Below are positions 59,632 to 64,000 of a stretch of DNA of 64,000 nt, in pieces. Source of the stretch: an uncultured Ignavibacteria bacterium. Lineage in GTDB: Bacteria; Zixibacteria; MSB-5A5; CAIYYT01. The notes beneath the pieces were generated by a model. The model saw only the letters and a list, made by a program, of their open reading frames with translations. It ran no database searches and was not told where the DNA came from. The DNA is taken from positions 1 through 64,000 of the forward strand of contig CAZIBI010000002.1 of the NCBI GenBank assembly GCA_964537215.1. Direction: 5' to 3'. The stretch's first letter is position 1; every line of letters begins with the position of its first letter. Made by a program: the position numbers and the translations under genes.

Positions 59632-62309
59632 GCACTACTGGACTCAGTTTTAAGAGAGTCGACCTGCATGTGCATTCTACAGCCTCAGCTGACTACAGAA
59701 ATAAGGCAGCCACTCCGAAACAAATTGTAGAAGCTGCACTAGCAAAGGGTTTGAGTGCAATTGCTGTAACTGATCATCAGACGGGCAACGGTATTGACGA
59801 AATTATTGCAGCTGCAGTAGGTACGGAACTAGCTGTTTTCCCAGGCGTAGAGATTACTGCGGCAGGAGGAAAAAACGGCATTCATGTTCTCTGCATTTTT
59901 AACAAAGATAAGAACACTACTCACGTTAATCAGTTCCTAAACACTCTAAAGATCTACGACCGGGAGGGAAAAGTTACCCCGTGTACTGAGTCAACGGTTG
60001 GACAGATTGCGGAACAGCTTGATATATATGATAGCGATGCAATCATGATACTCGCGCACTGTCATTCCTCTAAGGGCGTTTTAGGCGACATTACCGGCGT
60101 CCAGCGATCCGCAATTTTTGAGAAGAAGAGCCGTTGCCTCATCGGGGCCGAAACAAGTGAAGGTAACTTCACTGATCCCAAAAGGATTGAAGAACGAACT
60201 CGAGTTATCGACATCCTCGACGGGTCCGATGCCAACTACCACAACGCAAAGTTAGGAGTGATTCAGAGTTCAGATGCGCATGAGCCAGCCGAGATTGGCT
60301 CAGCGTTTTCTTGGTTTAAAGTTGATGAACCAATCACTATAGAAGACTTACGCCAATGCCTAATTGACCGCGAAACGCGGATACGTCAACCTTATGAATT
60401 CAAGCCAGGTCTATTTCCTTCTATTCGATCGATTCGAATTGAGGGTGGCTTTCTTGACGGGGCGCACCTGAACTTCAATAATGGCTTAAACAGCATACTG
60501 GGAGGCAAGGGCACGGGAAAATCGCTTGTAGTTGAGTTGTTGCGTTTCGGCCTGGATCAAGGCCCCGCGGAGCCGCCTCTCGCGAACGATCACGAACAGA
60601 AACTTCTCAATTGTCTGAAGACATACGGAAAGGTAGGCATCACAATTTCAGATGAAACTGGGAAAGAGTATTTGATCACACGAGAGTACAAACCCAATGA
60701 TGGCAATCCGACCACGGTTACCGACATTCAAGACAAGACACCGAAGACTTTTTCCATTCGGGACGTCTTCCCGTGCATTTTCCTAAGCCAGAATGAAGCA
60801 ATCCAAATTGCTCAAGATGTGACTGGACGTGCGCAACGCCAATTCATTGATCGGTTTTTTGACTTCAACCGAATCCAGCAAGAAATTCTCAGAACAAATC
60901 GAGAACTCCAGCAGGCTGACAAAAATTTTGCTGAGTGTGTGCGAGCTAAATTCGAGTCTGAGCTCGTCGACAAGCAGTTGGCTGGAATTCGCGAAGAGAT
61001 TGAGAAGATTGATCGACAAGTAAAGAACGAAGCGTTTGACGAGTACGCAAAGAAAGAGCGAGTTGGAAGAGCTATTGACACACAGCACAGTTTCATCAAA
61101 CAACTTAGTCGGCACCTGTCGGAATTCAAAGGCACCTTAACTGACTTGCATGTACCTCTAGACGATGACGACACTACAGCCAAGGATCCGATCGTTCGAA
61201 GGTCGAGAGATGTTTCGCAAGAGTCTCTTCGAAAACTGATAGAACAACTGAATGCAAGTAGCGCCGCTCTCGCACAAGCAGAACAAGGTATCAGCAAGGA
61301 GAACATTGAATACCGCAACTCCGTCGCCCCCGTCAAACAACGTTACGAAGAGCTTGTCAAACAAGCCGGTGGAAATCAGGTAACTCTGAACGAGCGAAGA
61401 AAGAAGCTAATCCTTCAGAGGACGCAATTAGACAGTAAGATGAGCGAGCTTCAGAATAAACATGCACAGCTCAGGACGATTGCTGACAACAGAAAAGCCC
61501 ATCTTGCCCAGTTGGACGCATTGCACACGGAATACTCGACTTTGCGACGCCAGCGTTGCGAGCATTTTTCGAGCAACTCCAACAGAGCACTGGATGTGAG
61601 TATTATGGAAGCAAAGGACACCGCCGACTTCCAAGCAAACCTAATGCGATTGAAAAAAGGGTCCTGGCTTCGCGAAGATGAGATTAGTGCAATCACAAAA
61701 GGAATAATTCCAAAGGATTTTGTTCGCGCAATTCTAGGCTATGCATGGAAACATCGTAACGCTCCCGAGGCCGTCAAAGAGGTTGCTGACAAGACTGGAC
61801 TTGCGGTAGATAGAATCGAGAAGCTCTTCAGTCACTTTTTGGACGAGTGCACATACGAGGAGCTGCTTGCGCTGGAGTATACTTCTACTCCTGACGACGT
61901 ACCCCAAATCAAGTATCGCGTCGATGGTCAGTACAAACTCTTGAGTGAACTTTCAGTGGGCCAGAAATCCGTCGCGCTTCTAATCATGGCATTGAGCGAC
62001 GGGCGAAGTCCCATAATCATCGATCAGCCGGAAGACTCTCTCGACCTTCGCTCAATTTGGGACGACGTTTGCACTAAAGTTCGAACCACGAAGGAGCAGA
62101 GGCAGTTCATCTTCTCTACTCACAATTCGTCTGTTGCCATCGCATCCGATTCAGACTGTTTTTCTATTCTCGTAGCAGATGGATCCCACGGCAAAGTAGC
62201 GTATTCAGGCTCGATTAATGCTCCTGATATTCGAAAGGAGGTCCTACTCCATCTAGAAGGCGGAAAGGACACCTACAATCACAAGAGGCGAAAGTACAAT
62301 ATTGCATAG
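59628..62309 (+). CDS. PHP-domain phosphoesterase fused to SMC/RecN-like ABC ATPase with coiled coil (Ppl-like)
   Basis: N-terminal PHP (VDLHVHSTASADY, HxH...H...E...H...D/H). Walker A (GGKGTGKS), long coiled-coil region, ABC signature and Walker B (LSVGQKSVALL...IIIDQPEDSLD), H-loop (STHN). ATGA overlap with the res stop. Confidence 0.7.
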   Translation: MSTTGLSFKRVDLHVHSTASADYRNKAATPKQIVEAALAKGLSAIAVTDHQTGNGIDEIIAAAVGTELAVFPGVEITAAGGKNGIHVLCIFNKDKNTTHVNQFLNTLKIYDREGKVTPCTESTVGQIAEQLDIYDSDAIMILAHCHSSKGVLGDITGVQRSAIFEKKSRCLIGAETSEGNFTDPKRIEERTRVIDILDGSDANYHNAKLGVIQSSDAHEPAEIGSAFSWFKVDEPITIEDLRQCLIDRETRIRQPYEFKPGLFPSIRSIRIEGGFLDGAHLNFNNGLNSILGGKGTGKSLVVELLRFGLDQGPAEPPLANDHEQKLLNCLKTYGKVGITISDETGKEYLITREYKPNDGNPTTVTDIQDKTPKTFSIRDVFPCIFLSQNEAIQIAQDVTGRAQRQFIDRFFDFNRIQQEILRTNRELQQADKNFAECVRAKFESELVDKQLAGIREEIEKIDRQVKNEAFDEYAKKERVGRAIDTQHSFIKQLSRHLSEFKGTLTDLHVPLDDDDTTAKDPIVRRSRDVSQESLRKLIEQLNASSAALAQAEQGISKENIEYRNSVAPVKQRYEELVKQAGGNQVTLNERRKKLILQRTQLDSKMSELQNKHAQLRTIADNRKAHLAQLDALHTEYSTLRRQRCEHFSSNSNRALDVSIMEAKDTADFQANLMRLKKGSWLREDEISAITKGIIPKDFVRAILGYAWKHRNAPEAVKEVADKTGLAVDRIEKLFSHFLDECTYEELLALEYTSTPDDVPQIKYRVDGQYKLLSELSVGQKSVALLIMALSDGRSPIIIDQPEDSLDLRSIWDDVCTKVRTTKEQRQFIFSTHNSSVAIASDSDCFSILVADGSHGKVAYSGSINAPDIRKEVLLHLEGGKDTYNHKRRKYNIA

Positions 62310-62390
62310 TCGATTCGTTGCTCTCAGCTTGGTAAGGGTGGAAAGCAGATGTCAAAGAAAACCTAAGGGCAGGAAAAGAGAACATTCGAG

Positions 62391-63287
62391 TTGGTAGACC
62401 TTACAGATCTAACTTATGTAATCAAAGCGGACTCACTGCGCGTTGGCGGTTCGAACAAACCAATATTTGTCCACAAACGTCATCGTTGGGTGCTCCCAAT
62501 CATTCACTTTACACAGACGTACGGCATTCTTAACGAACCATGCACTATTGTCAACATTGACGGCCATAGAGACTGGGCATTCTACGGTGGGGTTACAAAT
62601 GTCGAAATGTTTGATGATATTCGGCAATACGGAGTGACTCACGAAAGGCTGAAGGCTTATCTAGCCGATGATAGAGACGACGATGCGCAGTGGCTCGTGT
62701 CAGCGGTCGACTTCAATTTAGTCGATAGCGTAATCCTTATTGGCGGGCAGCTTGAAGCAGAAATGCGAACTGTACCATGGGATGAACGGAAAGTGATTGG
62801 AGACATTGAGGACTCAGTTCCATTCGTCGCTCAAGACGTCCGGGGTGTCTTTCACGAAGTGCATCCGCTTCACACTTACACTGTTGCGGAAACAGAGGGG
62901 GGATATGAACATAGCGTACTGCTAAAGTCAATGGCGGGTGTTGAGCAACTCAGATGGTGGAAATGTTACGAAATTGTTTCGGAAATCGCAGCAGACCAAC
63001 TGTTTCTTACAGTCGACCTAGATTTTTTTGCTGCAGATCCGTTCGGAGAGACTCGGCTGTGGGACCTTCGCGACCTGGAGGTGTTTCTCGCTCTTAATAT
63101 TAGCCCGCCGAGCTTTGGAAAGGTCGTTACCACTGGAGATCTGATCAGATTGATTGCCAAGAAGTCTGTAGCCATTTCCGTCGCCACAGAAGTCGATCAT
63201 TGCGGAGGAATTGAGAATGCGAAAATCGCATATCAATGGGCGAGGGAATACTTTGGCATGGACGTCTCGGGCGCACTGTTTATTTAA
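62391..63287 (+). CDS. Hypothetical protein (Asp/His-rich motifs IVNIDGHRD, TVDLDFF)
   Basis: 298 aa. TTG start with AGGAAAAGAG upstream. No confident family assignment. Confidence 0.4.
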   Translation: MVDLTDLTYVIKADSLRVGGSNKPIFVHKRHRWVLPIIHFTQTYGILNEPCTIVNIDGHRDWAFYGGVTNVEMFDDIRQYGVTHERLKAYLADDRDDDAQWLVSAVDFNLVDSVILIGGQLEAEMRTVPWDERKVIGDIEDSVPFVAQDVRGVFHEVHPLHTYTVAETEGGYEHSVLLKSMAGVEQLRWWKCYEIVSEIAADQLFLTVDLDFFAADPFGETRLWDLRDLEVFLALNISPPSFGKVVTTGDLIRLIAKKSVAISVATEVDHCGGIENAKIAYQWAREYFGMDVSGALFI

Positions 63288-63514
63288 AGTCCGATATGAG
63301 GTTAGTTGGTTTCTGTATCGTGTGTCTTGCGTGTCGCATCCAAATGCGACCAGTAACATGGCGGATTCTCACCGACACTCAAACTTATTCCTCAAAGTAA
63401 TCACAAAGACTCCTCGCCGAACACTACCTCCAACATGAGCTGACTTGCATTGTCTTTGTGATTGCTTTGTTAGAGGGCATCTTTAAACGTATAGGTTCAA
63501 GAGAGTTGAATCAT

Positions 63515-64000
63515 ATGACACGATTAGGACGTAACGAGCCATGTCATTGTGGTAGCGGGAAGAAGTACAAGCGGTGTCACCTTGAACAGGATGAAAAAAA
63601 GACTTCCACTGCTGAGAAGGAACATCATCTGAAGATCGATCCTCGTATTTTTATCCATGCACCGTACATCGTATGCCCAAAATGCAGTAGGGCAGAATTT
63701 GGCGTTCTTATGATTGGTAACCGAAGTTTTGTTCGTCGCTGTAAGTCATGTTTCTTCACAAATGATTATCCGTTGCCACCAATCAAAAAACTATTGATCT
63801 ACTTGGATCAACCGGTCATCAGCAATATCACGAAGGTTCTCGATCCGCGGAGCGTTGGGCATGCGAGAGCAATTCAGAATCCTTACTGGCTTGAACTGTA
63901 TAAGCACCTTGATCGACTTCAGAAGCTACAGCTGATTCTTTGTCCTGACTCATTCTATCATCGAGAAGAGTCGTTGGCATCGCCTGATTTTGAAAGCATG
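63515..64000 (+). CDS. SEC-C motif-containing protein, 5' partial (runs off the window)
   Basis: ATG at about 63515. N-terminal NEPCHCGSGKKYKRCH is a canonical SEC-C motif. Further CPKC/CKSC pairs. No stop before the window end. Confidence 0.5.
   Translation, partial: MTRLGRNEPCHCGSGKKYKRCHLEQDEKKTSTAEKEHHLKIDPRIFIHAPYIVCPKCSRAEFGVLMIGNRSFVRRCKSCFFTNDYPLPPIKKLLIYLDQPVISNITKVLDPRSVGHARAIQNPYWLELYKHLDRLQKLQLILCPDSFYHREESLASPDFESM

Noticed and set aside
47100-64000. Integrase or recombinase gene that could mobilise the repeat-bounded modules
   Set aside because: None of the ORFs in modules A–C shows tyrosine (R..HxxR..Y) or serine recombinase motifs. If one exists it lies outside this window.

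Overview
This ~64 kb window is from a bacterium with Gram-negative-type features (RND/TolC efflux, E. coli-like LexA box) and moderately high GC. The left third (0.2–23.2 kb) looks like core chromosome. It carries a membrane H+-pyrophosphatase, an SDR reductase, ferritin, a TPR/CgeB-like protein, an SPFH protein coupled to a zinc-ribbon protein, a flavodiiron protein, DUF1272, SRAP/YedK, and the SOS mutagenesis cassette imuA-imuB-dnaE2 behind a perfect 20-bp palindromic LexA-type box. It also carries an HTH_34-like regulator between two membrane proteins, a secreted TolB-propeller/amidohydrolase fusion and a POT transporter.

From 23.26 kb onward the window is organised by three direct repeats of identical length (178 bp) at 23257, 35475 and 46906. 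Each begins with a tRNA-Leu(UAA) 5' half that stops exactly at the 3' edge of the anticodon loop, and each ends with a GTCACA-N5-GTCACA motif. A solo copy of the 3' motif and a degenerate tRNA-like fragment are also present. The repeats delimit three accessory modules:
- (A) Osmo/stress module: DUF2156, cation/H+ antiporters, MarR, PRC-barrel protein, HPF, overlapping MscS-OtsA-OtsB, ClC.
- (B) Heavy-metal module: P1B ATPase, DUF302, Met-rich lipoprotein, CzcC-B-A plus a PII-like protein.
- (C) A lower-GC mobile/defence module: HExxH protein, TraD/AAA_10-like ATPase, Rad52/Sak-like annealing protein with a Cas4-like exonuclease, a DUF932-like protein, an uncharacterised two-gene pair with a SEC-C motif, and type III R-M mod/res translationally coupled to a PHP+ABC-ATPase (Ppl-like) gene. 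It ends with a further hypothetical and a SEC-C protein running off the window.

No integrase, intact tRNA, rRNA or CRISPR array was seen in the window.
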